Of a stretch of DNA of 64,000 nt, positions 30,980-41,006 are shown piece after piece (position 1 is the first letter of the stretch; the number at the start of each line of letters is the position of its first letter). The stretch is taken from NCBI GenBank assembly GCA_038134595.1, contig JAYPVM010000001.1, forward strand, positions 96,001 to 160,000. The letters run 5' to 3'. Origin of the DNA: Pseudomonadota bacterium (lineage in GTDB: Bacteria > Bdellovibrionota_C > UBA2361 > OMII01). Position numbers and translations under genes: made by a program. The notes beneath the pieces were generated by a model, which did not search any database, was not told the DNA's origin, and was given only the letters and a program-made list of their open reading frames with translations.

Positions 30980-32599
30980 TTACGCGTGATTACCGGTTGG
31001 TGTTCCATATCCATACGGATCCTCATCAACAACTGGAATCTCTTCAAAGTTTTCGTGAATTGGCGGTGACGCAGTTTGCCACTCAAGGCTCACCGAATTG
31101 TACGGATTACGCGGCGCCTTTACCTTACCAAACTTGGCTGTCCAAGCTAGATTCACAAGGGCAAACATGTATCCAAAGCCATTGATGAACGCACCAACTG
31201 TAGAGAGCGTGTGAAGCGATTCGTACTGAGGTGGATAGTCGTAATACCGACGAGGCATTCCGTCCATTCCAAGAATAAACTGAGGAATGAATGTTAAGTT
31301 AAACCCAAAGAACAGAAGTGCAAAGGCTGTTTTTGAAGCAGTCTCGTTATACATTTTTCCGGTCATCTTCGGGAACCAGAAGTGCAACGCGGCAATAAGC
31401 CCGATCACAGCTCCACCCTGAATCGTGTAGTGAAAGTGAGCCACCACAAAGTACGTGTCGTGATAGTAGACATCAACGCCGAGCATCGCCAGGTAGATCC
31501 CTGTAGTTCCGGCTACCATGAAAAGGAACACAAATCCCATCGCATACAACATCGGTGTCGCAAACGATATCGAGCCTTTGTACATGGTGCTCACCCAGTT
31601 AAATACCTTGATAGCCGTTGGTACAGCTACTAAGAACGTCACGAACGAGAAGAGCTTTGCAGAGAAATCGGAGATACCTGCAACAAACATGTGATGCGCC
31701 CATACAACGAAACCAACTGCGGCAATCAACATAGAGGAGATAACCACAAGCTTGTATCCAAAAAGCGGCTTTCTTGAGAAGACGGGGATAATTTCACCCA
31801 CAACTCCAAACGCTGGTAACACCATGATGTACACAACGGGATGGGAGTAGAACCAGAATAAATGCTCCATGAGAACTGGATCGCCACCCTTTGTCGGATC
31901 AAAAATTCCAGCGCCAAACATGCGCTCTGCTATTACGAGCAAAAGCGTCATACCTACTACAGGAGTTGCAACAGTCTGAATAATTGCGGTTGCGTAAGAT
32001 GCCCAAATAAATACCGGAAGTCTCATCCATGTTAGGCCCGGCGCTCGAAGCTGGTGGATAGTTACTATAAAGTTCAATCCGGTCAGGATAGATGAAAATC
32101 CAAGAATAAAGGCCGCAAACACCATCAAGCTAACCGAGCTTTCTGTAGTCGTGCTATACGTAGCGTAGAATGTCCATCCTGTGTCAACAGGGTTTAGCAT
32201 CGCTATTCCGCCAATAACTGCTCCGATTACGTACAGGTAAAAGCTAAATAGATTCAGTCGTGGGAACGCTACGTCTTTTGCTCCGATCATCAACGGTATC
32301 AAGAAGTTTCCGAGCGTTGCAGGAATACCCGGAACAACAAACAGAAAGATCATGAACACACCGTGCATGGTGAACAGTATGTTGTAAGTGTGAGGATCGT
32401 TAATGATTGTTGGTCCGACGGTTGCAAGCTCTGTACGCATCAAGAGCGCTGCTATCCCACCACTGATAAAAAATATCATTATGGAGTAAAGATAGAGAAA
32501 GCAGATGCGCTTGTGGTCGGTAGACGTTAGCCACGACCAAATTCCTGTCTTCCAGTTTAGGTAGTTTACCTCACCGTGTGTATCCGCATGGGCTGACAT
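30980..32599 (-). CDS. ctaD: Cytochrome c oxidase subunit I (A2 type)
   Basis: STDHKRI, FTMHG, DVAFPRLN, FWFYSHPVVY (A2 YS motif), WAHH, VAHFHY and GMPRRY. Confidence 0.96.
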   Translation of the reverse strand: MSAHADTHGEVNYLNWKTGIWSWLTSTDHKRICFLYLYSIMIFFISGGIAALLMRTELATVGPTIINDPHTYNILFTMHGVFMIFLFVVPGIPATLGNFLIPLMIGAKDVAFPRLNLFSFYLYVIGAVIGGIAMLNPVDTGWTFYATYSTTTESSVSLMVFAAFILGFSSILTGLNFIVTIHQLRAPGLTWMRLPVFIWASYATAIIQTVATPVVGMTLLLVIAERMFGAGIFDPTKGGDPVLMEHLFWFYSHPVVYIMVLPAFGVVGEIIPVFSRKPLFGYKLVVISSMLIAAVGFVVWAHHMFVAGISDFSAKLFSFVTFLVAVPTAIKVFNWVSTMYKGSISFATPMLYAMGFVFLFMVAGTTGIYLAMLGVDVYYHDTYFVVAHFHYTIQGGAVIGLIAALHFWFPKMTGKMYNETASKTAFALLFFGFNLTFIPQFILGMDGMPRRYYDYPPQYESLHTLSTVGAFINGFGYMFALVNLAWTAKFGKVKAPRNPYNSVSLEWQTASPPIHENFEEIPVVDEDPYGYGTPTGNHA

Positions 32600-32626
32600 A
32601 TTTATTACCTCTCTTGCTTAAAGCTT

Positions 32627-33934
32627 CTACTTAAGCGTCTTTAAGTACTCAATGATATCGTTAACGTTTTCGTCCGAAAGCTTTCCTTCGTACATGGCAG
32701 GCATCGCAGGAGCATATCCTTCAACGATCTTGGCTGACGGCTTCCAAATGGATTCTTTAATGTAGGCCTCATCAACAAGGACCTCTGTTCCGTCCGCAAT
32801 TTTCTCCTTGCGTCCCCACAGCCCCTTAAACGACGGTCCGACTAATCTTGAGCCATCTAGACTGTGACAGGTAATACACATGTTACCTGCATCATGAACG
32901 AGAGCCTTTCCTCGTTCCGCTGGGCTCAGATTAGCTGTTGCCGCTTCATCTTTCTTCTCAGCTACAGCTTCAACAATCTCAACTTTTTGGGTTCCGTCGA
33001 GCGTTTTAATGAACTCTATTATTCCGGTAATCTCATCATCAGACAGCTGGCCGGAATAGCTAGGCATTCCCATGGCTGGGTATCCAGCGACTACCTTCTT
33101 TTGAGGATAAAGAATAGATTCTCGAATGTAGTTTTCATCTATCTTGTATGTAGATCCATCTGCAAGTTTACCCTCTCGACCAAAGGCCTTAAGCCAGCTT
33201 GGTCCAACCCGTGGCGAGCCATCTAAACTGTGGCAGGTAACGCACTGTTTTCCGGTGTAGAGGGTCTTTCCTAAATCGGAAGGTTTTAGAGCCGCTAGTC
33301 TTCTCTCTTCGCTATCATCGGCAAGCCACCTTTCAAATTCTGCGCTTGGCAAAACCTTTAGGCGAGCCAACATGTTCGAATGGTTGTTACCACAATATTC
33401 TGTACAGAATATCTGAAAGTCTCCGGTTTTTATCGGCCGAAACCACTCGTGTGTGTAGCGACCAGGAATAACATCCATCTTTGTTCTCATCACCGGAACA
33501 AAAAAGGAATGCAACACGTCTTTAGACGTCATAATTAACTTAACAGGCTTATCAACCGGAACGACTAGTTCGTTTGTTGTTTTCTTTCCGTTCTTATACT
33601 GAAAATCCCACGCCCACTTTCGACCCGTGACATTTACCTCCATGGAGTCGGCTGGTGGAATTCTCATGTCGACGAAAGAGTCGTAACCAAGCCATGCGAC
33701 CCAAATACAGACAAGCGTCGGAAAGACGGTCCAAATGACTTCGAGAGTATTATTGCCTTCGATTGCTGGTGTGGCGTGGTCTTTACCGTCTTTTTGGCGA
33801 TAAATAACTGCAAAATAGAGCATTACTCCAACGATTGCTACTGTGCAGATAACCGAGATGATAGTAACCACATCGTTTGCAAAGTCGACCTTGTGTGCAA
33901 AATCAGATCCTTGCTCTCCTAATAATCCCAACAT
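32627..33934 (-). CDS. ctaC: Cytochrome c oxidase subunit II with two C-terminal cytochrome c domains
   Basis: LEVIWT, DVLHSF, CuA motif CTEYCGNNHSNM; two CxxCH motifs (CVTCH, CITCH). Confidence 0.93.
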   Translation of the reverse strand: MLGLLGEQGSDFAHKVDFANDVVTIISVICTVAIVGVMLYFAVIYRQKDGKDHATPAIEGNNTLEVIWTVFPTLVCIWVAWLGYDSFVDMRIPPADSMEVNVTGRKWAWDFQYKNGKKTTNELVVPVDKPVKLIMTSKDVLHSFFVPVMRTKMDVIPGRYTHEWFRPIKTGDFQIFCTEYCGNNHSNMLARLKVLPSAEFERWLADDSEERRLAALKPSDLGKTLYTGKQCVTCHSLDGSPRVGPSWLKAFGREGKLADGSTYKIDENYIRESILYPQKKVVAGYPAMGMPSYSGQLSDDEITGIIEFIKTLDGTQKVEIVEAVAEKKDEAATANLSPAERGKALVHDAGNMCITCHSLDGSRLVGPSFKGLWGRKEKIADGTEVLVDEAYIKESIWKPSAKIVEGYAPAMPAMYEGKLSDENVNDIIEYLKTLK

Positions 33935-34013
33935 AACTTTCTAGTCCATTTTTGATAACCGACGCCGAAGTGCTTTCCTTAAAAGATTCGCCGTCAAAAA
34001 CTACTTATAAAAA

Positions 34014-34850
34014 CTATTCAGATTTCTCTTTACCTCTTAAGCCCCTCTTTACAAAAAAGAAGTACACTAAGCCTAGGCCGATAAGGGTAAGTACCCCACC
34101 AACACGCAATAAAGCAACCACTGCCCAGGTATATTTTCCTTGAAGCGGATCAAACCTAAAGCAATACAGCAAAAGGTGATCAATAGCTGTTCCTATCTTA
34201 CCCTGCGACGCTTCAACTAATGCAAGACGAACATCCCACGGAGAAAACTCTATACCAGTGAAATACTGCGAGATTTCACCCGTTGGAGTCAATATCATAA
34301 GAGCAGCAGAATGCGCAAAATCCTCTCCATCTTTTTTATACCTAAACCCGAGCTGATTCATTAACGTTGTTACAGCCCCTTCATCTCCTACTACATAGTT
34401 TAACGCCGCAGGTCTCTTCCTCGCTTCTTCTTTCAATCTGATGTTTAATTTACCCCGCACCTCTGCGGCATCTGATGCAGATTCTGTCGGGTCAAAACCA
34501 ACTACCAATACGTTAAAATCACCGCCAAGCTTAAGTGGTAATTTGTTGATTAATGAATAGACTCCATCCAAAAGCAAGCCACACAGCCGCGGACATTTGT
34601 AGTATACAGGCACGATAACCAGGGGTTTTTCGCTAATAAAATAATCGCTTAGTGAGTGTCGGACTCCTTTATCGTCGGTAAATGATAATCCCTGGCCGAC
34701 TGACACACCAAGCTCGGTAAACACCCCAACCTCAGAGCCAATTACATTTTCAGGGCGCTCTATCGCCCCTGCTGGTATAGTATAAAGCCACACACCAAGT
34801 GTTAGTATGAGGTTGAGAAAAGAAGACTTTTGTATATTATTTTTAAACAC
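34014..34850 (-). CDS. SCO1/SenC-family protein
   Basis: YYKCPRLC (CxxxC), FAHSA and LLYCFRFDP; first gene of the oxidase operon. Confidence 0.88.
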   Translation of the reverse strand: MFKNNIQKSSFLNLILTLGVWLYTIPAGAIERPENVIGSEVGVFTELGVSVGQGLSFTDDKGVRHSLSDYFISEKPLVIVPVYYKCPRLCGLLLDGVYSLINKLPLKLGGDFNVLVVGFDPTESASDAAEVRGKLNIRLKEEARKRPAALNYVVGDEGAVTTLMNQLGFRYKKDGEDFAHSAALMILTPTGEISQYFTGIEFSPWDVRLALVEASQGKIGTAIDHLLLYCFRFDPLQGKYTWAVVALLRVGGVLTLIGLGLVYFFFVKRGLRGKEKSE

Positions 34851-34928
34851 TTAAGGAATCTCTTGGTGCTTGTACTATTCGGCCGAAGTATGACTCATTA
34901 ACAGAAACACTTCAAGACAACCAAATGT

Positions 34929-34956
34929 TTGACATATAAAGCAAAAGTTACATAAT
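34929..34956 (+). promoter_or_regulatory. Candidate sigma70 promoter for the DtxR-family gene
   Basis: TTGACA-16 nt-CATAAT about 60 nt upstream of the ATG. Confidence 0.5.
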
Positions 34957-35015
34957 ATCATCGAATCGTTTATCCAAGTTTACAAAAGCTACAAGAGAGA
35001 AAAGAGGGGCATCTC

Positions 35016-35423
35016 ATGGATATCTGGAAGAAATTTGAAGAGAACAACATAACACACAGTGCGGCTCATCACCTTGTTGCAATTCTCGAGCTTCGGGAAC
35101 AACGGGGATACGCTCGGGTTACCGATGTGGCCAAGGAGCTTAACATTACCACCGGCAGTGCTTCCATTAACCTAAAGGCTCTTAAAGGAAAGAATCTAAT
35201 CGTAGAAGATGAAAATAAATTTCTTGCCCTCTCCGAAGAGGGAGAAGCGATAGCAAAAGCAGTGACGATGAGAAAGCAGGTTCTTCTCGATTTCTTGGTC
35301 AACGTTCTAAAGGTTAGTCCCGAACAAGCTGAGATAGATTCATGCAAGACGGAGCACCTTATAAGCGCTGAAACCGCCAGAAAGCTAAAGGAATTTAACG
35401 AGGAGTTTGCTGATAAGGCGTAA
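35016..35423 (+). CDS. DtxR/MntR-family metal-dependent transcriptional regulator
   Basis: YARVTDVAKELNIT wHTH; AEIDSCKTEHLIS metal/dimerisation motif; GAGGGG RBS. Confidence 0.88.
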   Translation: MDIWKKFEENNITHSAAHHLVAILELREQRGYARVTDVAKELNITTGSASINLKALKGKNLIVEDENKFLALSEEGEAIAKAVTMRKQVLLDFLVNVLKVSPEQAEIDSCKTEHLISAETARKLKEFNEEFADKA

Positions 35424-35546
35424 CCGCCCCTATTTTGCGCTCTTAAATAATAAATTTTCCAAAGCGATATAGCCACTTCGTGCATCGCTTGATGTGCGGT
35501 GCGTATTTTGGAGCTGAAAAAAAAATTAAATCTGGAGTCCCGCCCC

Positions 35547-35972
35547 TTACGCTCTAGGGTGATAGAAATTTACATTTGCCAGGTCGTCTATTTCCCGAAG
35601 AACGCGCTCTGCTCTCTTCTTGGTTGTGTTATCGACAAAGCGATTGTTAACAACTTCCCTTGCAACATGTCGAAGGACGTCTTTAGTCATTCCGAAGCTA
35701 CTATCTAAAAGCCTCATAGCAACATCAAACGCCTGACTTGTTGCGCCAGTTTCATACCTAGATGAAAGATGTTTTATGTGTTTTCTAACTCGCGTTTTCT
35801 CTCTGTGGGACAAGTCCTCATACCACTTAACCAACGGGCACGAAGCGCCTTCTAGTTGTAGGGGGACTTTCAGTCTGTCAAGAAGAGCATCGTCTGCATC
35901 TTCAAGAGTAAACCTGTTGATGGCCCTCACCAAATGTCGCTCACTAACAGTTCCCCTAACGAGCCTTGCCAT
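35547..35972 (-). CDS. Hypothetical protein
   Basis: ORF with GGGAG RBS before ATG 35972; no motif recognised. Confidence 0.55.
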   Translation of the reverse strand: MARLVRGTVSERHLVRAINRFTLEDADDALLDRLKVPLQLEGASCPLVKWYEDLSHREKTRVRKHIKHLSSRYETGATSQAFDVAMRLLDSSFGMTKDVLRHVAREVVNNRFVDNTTKKRAERVLREIDDLANVNFYHPRA

Positions 35973-36059
35973 TTTTTTACTCCCCACACACAAACAGGAG
36001 CCTTCATCATAAACTCTATGCGGAGTCTAATCAAACTACGCTACCTATCAAACTAAGGT

Positions 36060-36235
36060 AAGTAGCCACAGGATTAATCCAATATAATTAAATAATTACA
36101 CGCTTTACGAACAGTTTACCGACAACTGTTAACAACTTTCCCACACATTGATAGGGGGTTATACACAGGCAATGCACAGCTGTGTTAATAAGCGAGCCAA
36201 GCATTTGTGTTTATTAGACTTTATATCCACAGTGT
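36060..36235. promoter_or_regulatory. Secondary DnaA-box cluster
   Basis: TTATACACA (36159-36167, consensus), TTTCCCACA (36137-36145), ATATCCACA (36223-36231) and TGTTAATAA (36183-36191) in an AT-rich intergenic region. Confidence 0.55.
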
Positions 36236-36319
36236 AGGTTGTTTAAAGTAACTCTGCTTATTTTTAGTGGGCCCTTGGATATCTTCGAAGAAAGAGACAT
36301 TAAGAAAACAGGTGTCAAT

Positions 36320-36363
36320 AAAAAAGAAGGGGACCGACTTCGCATCACCGAAGTCGGTCCCCT
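36320..36363 (-). terminator. Rho-independent terminator of atpB-atpE
   Basis: Perfect 15-bp stem AGGGGACCGACTTCG/CGAAGTCGGTCCCCT with a 6-nt loop, then TCTTTTTT on the minus strand. Confidence 0.88.
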
Positions 36364-36396
36364 CTTTAATGAGCTGTTTGGTATAAGCTCTTTCGA

Positions 36397-36723
36397 CTAC
36401 TTAAGACCGAAAGCGATAACAAACGCTAGAATTACCAACGACTCAATAAGGGCTAGTCCAAGAATCATAGGTGTTAGGAGCTTTCCACCAACCGATGGAT
36501 TCCGTCCAAAAGACTCAAGCATTGAACCTACAACACGACCTTGGCCCATTGCGCCGCCCAATACTGCAACACCGATTGCCAAACCTGCACCGATTGGTCC
36601 AAGACTAGAAGCTGCACCAGAAACTCCGTCTTCAGCAACTGCTGATGCTACTGGCGCTAAAAACGCTACTGCTGCTGTAGCTAGAACAGACATCTTAGCG
36701 GTAATTTTTCGTACTATTTTCAT
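36397..36723 (-). CDS. atpE: ATP synthase F0 subunit c with N-terminal extension
   Basis: GAGLAIG, GQG, RNP loop and LALIES. Confidence 0.93.
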   Translation of the reverse strand: MKIVRKITAKMSVLATAAVAFLAPVASAVAEDGVSGAASSLGPIGAGLAIGVAVLGGAMGQGRVVGSMLESFGRNPSVGGKLLTPMILGLALIESLVILAFVIAFGLK

Positions 36724-36786
36724 CCTTATTCTCCTTACTAGTTGATACCAGCTTCTCTTATTAAATCATTACTACAACGACAAATT

Positions 36787-37515
36787 CTAGTGGTGCTCCT
36801 CACCCTCTTCATGTTGCGTAGCAAGCATTATATATATCATTGTGAGGATTGTTGGAATAAACGCCTGCATAAAACATACAAAGGTGCCCAAAATATAGAA
36901 GATAACGGGGACCACCACCGGAACCAACTCAGTAAACGCTCCTAGTACCTGATGGTCTGCTGTAATATTCCAATATAATCGAAGGTTTAAGGTTAATATT
37001 CTTAAAATAGCGCCAAATATCTCCAAGGGGAAAATCAGCCACGCCATCCACCAAACAGGCCCTGCAAAGTGCTTTAGGTAATTAACCACCCCATGCTCTT
37101 TAATGCCGTAGTAGTTAAATACTAGAAATATCATTAGCGCCACAGGAAGTGTGGTCCACACCGACGTGGTAGCCGCAGGCATACCTGGAATTAAGCCTAT
37201 AAGGTTTAACAGCAGGTAGTAAAAGAAGACCGTTGCTGTTAGGGGTAGGTACTTTCGGTTTTCTTTACCGAGTATCGAGTCTTGAAACGCGACAAATCCT
37301 TCCACTAAAATATCTACAACTCCAGATGTTGTAACAGTTTCTGCGGGTATAACCCCCTTCTCATCTCCTAGGTTCTTTCTCCGAGAAGAGAGTGCCTTAG
37401 CACAACATGAACCAATAACCACCATTGCTAACGCGACCACACCAGCTACTGTCAGCTTTTGATAGTTTGGATCGCTTATCCCAAGGTCTTGTAAATACGT
37501 ATAGTGGTTATCCAT
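36787..37515 (-). CDS. atpB: ATP synthase F0 subunit a
   Basis: NLIGLIPG, PLEI, LRLYWNI (essential Arg) and MQAFIPTILTMIYI; start set at ATG 37515. Confidence 0.92.
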   Translation of the reverse strand: MDNHYTYLQDLGISDPNYQKLTVAGVVALAMVVIGSCCAKALSSRRKNLGDEKGVIPAETVTTSGVVDILVEGFVAFQDSILGKENRKYLPLTATVFFYYLLLNLIGLIPGMPAATTSVWTTLPVALMIFLVFNYYGIKEHGVVNYLKHFAGPVWWMAWLIFPLEIFGAILRILTLNLRLYWNITADHQVLGAFTELVPVVVPVIFYILGTFVCFMQAFIPTILTMIYIMLATQHEEGEEHH

Positions 37516-37834
37516 AAATGCTCCGGCAAACGCGACAATTACTTTATCACGCTTAATCGAGATAGTATTTAGCAGGCAAGAATGTACCGTGTCTGTGGGA
37601 TAATGCAACCCCCTGCTGTTCTTTAAGCGACTTAAAATAAACTTGGTATTTCAGTGTGTTGTCGTTGTGCGGTATCAAATTTTTTAGATCTAATTCTTGT
37701 AATATATTCTCTTCGTACTATAACGGGTCTCTCAGATCGAAGTGTGACGGATACTTTCTAATTTCAAAAACCGTTTCGTACCATTTCTGTTTGAAGTTAG
37801 TAGTAGTCGTTTGTTGTGACCCTTAAAGGATGTA

Positions 37835-39379
37835 ATGACCGAAAACCTCCAGCCACTAAAGCCAGGCTTTTCACCGGAAAACAAATCCGATTCGGTTGAT
37901 TCTTCTTCCTCCTCTCACTCTTTTTCAGATGACAATCCTATTGATCAGTGTTGGGCCCTAGCTGTAGCTGATGTTTGCAGAGATGCAAATCAGCACATCG
38001 TTGCAGCGTACATAGAGCCGCTCGAGCTAGACTTAGAACGTTCGACGGCAAAGACAGTTGTTGTAACCGGACCTTCTCGGCTTATCTGTAACTATGTTAA
38101 CAGTCGATTCACGACACAACTAGAAGAGCGGCTGGCGTTTTACTCACAAATTCCCACAATTAAACTCTCGGTTATTCCACACGATAAAACCGCATCACAA
38201 ACTAATGTTGGTTCACAAGATGGAAACACACAAGAAGAATCGCCTAAGGTTCCTCATACTCCGTTTGTAGTAAAAAGGGTCAGAAAACCGGAGGAAACCG
38301 AACAAAAACAAGTCAACCATAATCAACCTTCAGAGACGAACTTTGATGGTAGCGAGGTGTACAACAACATAAATCCTCGTTACACGTTTTCTGATTTTGT
38401 TGTTGGTAATAGTAACCAATTTTGCCATGCCGCTGCAATGCGCGTAGCAGAGAAGCCAGGTGAAAGTTACAACCCACTTTTTATTTATGGTGGTGTGGGT
38501 CTCGGGAAAACTCACATGCTTCACTCTATTGGTAATGTTGTTTTACAGAAGAACCCCTCAGCCCGCGTTCTTTACATGTCATCTGAAACGTTTACCAACG
38601 AGCTTATCTTGGCACTTCGACACGCTAAGATGGAGGAGTTTAAAAAACGTTTGCGTACCATAGAGGTTCTTCTTATCGATGATATTCAATTCATAAGCGG
38701 CAAAGAGAGAACCCAAGAAGAGTTCTTCCATACATTTAACGCCCTCTATAGTGCAAAACGGCAGATTGTAATCACATCTGATAAAATTCCTACCGACATT
38801 CCTGGAATAGAAGAGCGACTACAAACTCGGTTCTCTTGGGGTTTGACCGCTGACCTACAGGCCCCCGACTTTGAAACCCGCGTTGCAATCCTTAAACAGA
38901 AAGCAATTCTTGAGGAGTTTCACCTTCCACATGAGGTTAGTCACTTAATAGCAGAGCGAATATCATCCAACGTGCGAGAGTTAGAAGGTGCCCTTACGAG
39001 GCTCCACGCCATGAGCTCAATTCAGAACGTGCCCATCTCGTTGGAGATGGCCAAGTCAGCCTTAAAACCACTGCTGCAGCCCAAGATGGTTAACGTCACC
39101 GTAGATGATATTAAAAAAGCAGTAGCTACCCACTTCAGTATCAAGGTTTCAGAGATAATATCGAAACGAAGAACGAAAAATCTCTCATTCCCACGACACA
39201 TAGCGATGTACCTATGTAGAAAGCACACCACCGCATCCTATCCTGAGATTGGAGAACACTTCGGTGGTAGAGACCATTCAAGTGTTATTCACGCCGCTTC
39301 GGTCGTTACGAGCAAGATATCCACAGATGAAACAGTAAAAGAGCTTATAGAAGAAATAGAGAAGGTAATCTTAAGCTAA
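37835..39379 (+). CDS. dnaA: Chromosomal replication initiator DnaA
   Basis: YNPLFIYGGVGLGKTH, LLIDDIQF, TQEEFFHTFN, NVRELEGAL and GGRDHSSV. Confidence 0.98.
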   Translation: MTENLQPLKPGFSPENKSDSVDSSSSSHSFSDDNPIDQCWALAVADVCRDANQHIVAAYIEPLELDLERSTAKTVVVTGPSRLICNYVNSRFTTQLEERLAFYSQIPTIKLSVIPHDKTASQTNVGSQDGNTQEESPKVPHTPFVVKRVRKPEETEQKQVNHNQPSETNFDGSEVYNNINPRYTFSDFVVGNSNQFCHAAAMRVAEKPGESYNPLFIYGGVGLGKTHMLHSIGNVVLQKNPSARVLYMSSETFTNELILALRHAKMEEFKKRLRTIEVLLIDDIQFISGKERTQEEFFHTFNALYSAKRQIVITSDKIPTDIPGIEERLQTRFSWGLTADLQAPDFETRVAILKQKAILEEFHLPHEVSHLIAERISSNVRELEGALTRLHAMSSIQNVPISLEMAKSALKPLLQPKMVNVTVDDIKKAVATHFSIKVSEIISKRRTKNLSFPRHIAMYLCRKHTTASYPEIGEHFGGRDHSSVIHAASVVTSKISTDETVKELIEEIEKVILS

Positions 39380-39778
39380 ATCTTGTATAAACAAATACTT
39401 ACAGAAACTTTCAACAGTTTATACCAATTGTGGATAAACATGTATTCCAGTAGTTATTAACAGAGTTATTCACAGGATGTTGCTATGTTCACTACTGGGT
39501 ACCTAGCACATTGTACCCGAGTAAGTCGGGGGACAACTGCTGGGTTGTGGAAAACTGTGTGGATAAGGTGAGGGTTTACGGGGGGAAAGTTTGACTTTTA
39601 AAACCGTTTGAGAGCAGCTGTGGAAATCTCTTAAAATTTCCAAGTGTTTTTGCACAGGTTTTTTTTTTGATTAATTTCAAAAAAAGCAAAAGTTTAAGTT
39701 GATTTTCCCCAGCAAAGAGCCTTACTTATTACTATTAACTAACTATATATATATTTAATAAATATAGGCGATATTGAG
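39380..39778. promoter_or_regulatory. oriC: Replication origin oriC (DnaA boxes, DnaA-trios, AT-rich DUE)
   Basis: TGTGGATAA (39429-39437, 39558-39566), TTATTCACA (39466-39474), TGTGGAAAA (39546-39554), TTTTGCACA (39648-39656); GAGCC followed by TTA-TTA-CTA-TTA (39726-39737) and TATATATATATTTAATAAATATA; top strand looks C-rich to the left and G-rich to the right. Confidence 0.88.
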
Positions 39779-40939
39779 ATGGAAATAACGATCCCCAAAG
39801 CAGAACTCTCAAAGCTTCTTCATGTAACTCTTGCAATAGCAGAGAAGAAATCAACGATGCCTATTTTAGGGAACATCCTTATCCAAGCCGAAAAAGCACA
39901 GTGTAAGGTAATGGCTAGTGATATCGAGATCACAGCGGTTGCTAAATCCAAGGCTACCGTTACAAAGGAGGGTTCTATCACGGTCCCAGCCAAGATGTTT
40001 GGCGAATTAGTGAGAGAGCTTCCTGATGGTGATGTAACCCTGAGAAGTGGGGAGCGAGACAGGATAGAGATTCTTGCTGGTAGCTCGAAGTTAAAAATTG
40101 TTGGCACAAGTGCTGACGAGTACCCTATTCCATCGAGCCTTGCTTTAGATACGAAGTGCAAACTCTCTGCGCAGACATTGGTTGAGATGATTAACCAAAC
40201 TCTGTACGCAGTTTCTCTTGATGAGGGACGCTACAACATGAATGGCGTTGCTCTTGAGTTGGTTAAGGAAGGTAAGGGATCTTCATTGCGAATGATTGCT
40301 ACCGATGGCCACAGACTAGCGTTGATAACAAGACCGCTTGAGGGAGTTGAGTTTACAGGGCTTGTATCAAAAGGATCCAAGAAGTCAGACGGGGTAAACG
40401 ATCACGTAATTGTCCCTCGTAAAGGCTTAGCTGAGATCCGAAAGGCGCTTGATGCGGTAGGAGACACAGCAGTTGGGGTTGATGTTATTAATGGATTTTT
40501 GGTTTTAGAAAGCGCATCGTGGAAGTTGGTAGTGCAGCTCTTAGATAGTGAGTTTCCAAACTATGAGCAGGTACTTCCAAAGGAGGCGGGAACAAAGGTT
40601 GCTGTGTTGAGTTCTCAGTTAGCACATGCACTAAAGCGGGTTTCGCTTGTTGTAAGCGATAAGAACAAAGGAGTGCGACTAGATTTCTTCAAGAACTTAA
40701 TTCGCGTATCGAGTTCTTCTCCCGAGCTCGGTGAGGCTCAAGAGGAGATTGAAGTGGATTACAAAGGAAAAGATCTCTCCGTTGGTTTTAATGCTCGTTA
40801 TGTCATTGATGCATTAGCAACAGCCGGTGAGAGTCAGCCGTATATTTTAGAACTATCTGGAGAATCTGGGCCAGCTAAGATGTATGCTGAAGCGGATGAG
40901 TCTGCTATCGCTATCGTTATGCCTCTTCGATTAGATTGA
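39779..40939 (+). CDS. dnaN: DNA polymerase III beta sliding clamp
   Basis: TMPILGNI, ATDGHRL, FPNYEQV, GFNARY and VMPLRL. Confidence 0.96.
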   Translation: MEITIPKAELSKLLHVTLAIAEKKSTMPILGNILIQAEKAQCKVMASDIEITAVAKSKATVTKEGSITVPAKMFGELVRELPDGDVTLRSGERDRIEILAGSSKLKIVGTSADEYPIPSSLALDTKCKLSAQTLVEMINQTLYAVSLDEGRYNMNGVALELVKEGKGSSLRMIATDGHRLALITRPLEGVEFTGLVSKGSKKSDGVNDHVIVPRKGLAEIRKALDAVGDTAVGVDVINGFLVLESASWKLVVQLLDSEFPNYEQVLPKEAGTKVAVLSSQLAHALKRVSLVVSDKNKGVRLDFFKNLIRVSSSSPELGEAQEEIEVDYKGKDLSVGFNARYVIDALATAGESQPYILELSGESGPAKMYAEADESAIAIVMPLRLD

Positions 40940-41006
40940 TTAAAACAGAGAGACAACAAAAGAAGAGTTTAGGCTAACACTCTTCGGTAGGTAGTGGGGA
41001 GTTTGA

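Noticed and set aside
36397..36723. Na+-coupled ATP synthase c-ring
   Set aside because: Q and ES are present, but the following Thr and Tyr of the Na+ signature are replaced (ESLVIL), so Na+ coupling is not supported.
36239..36745. Antisense ORFs over core genes (this 168-aa ORF opposite atpE; also 15205-15750, 25630-26217, 26931-27428 and 35069-35485)
   Set aside because: They are shadow frames of better-supported genes on the other strand and carry no motifs of their own.
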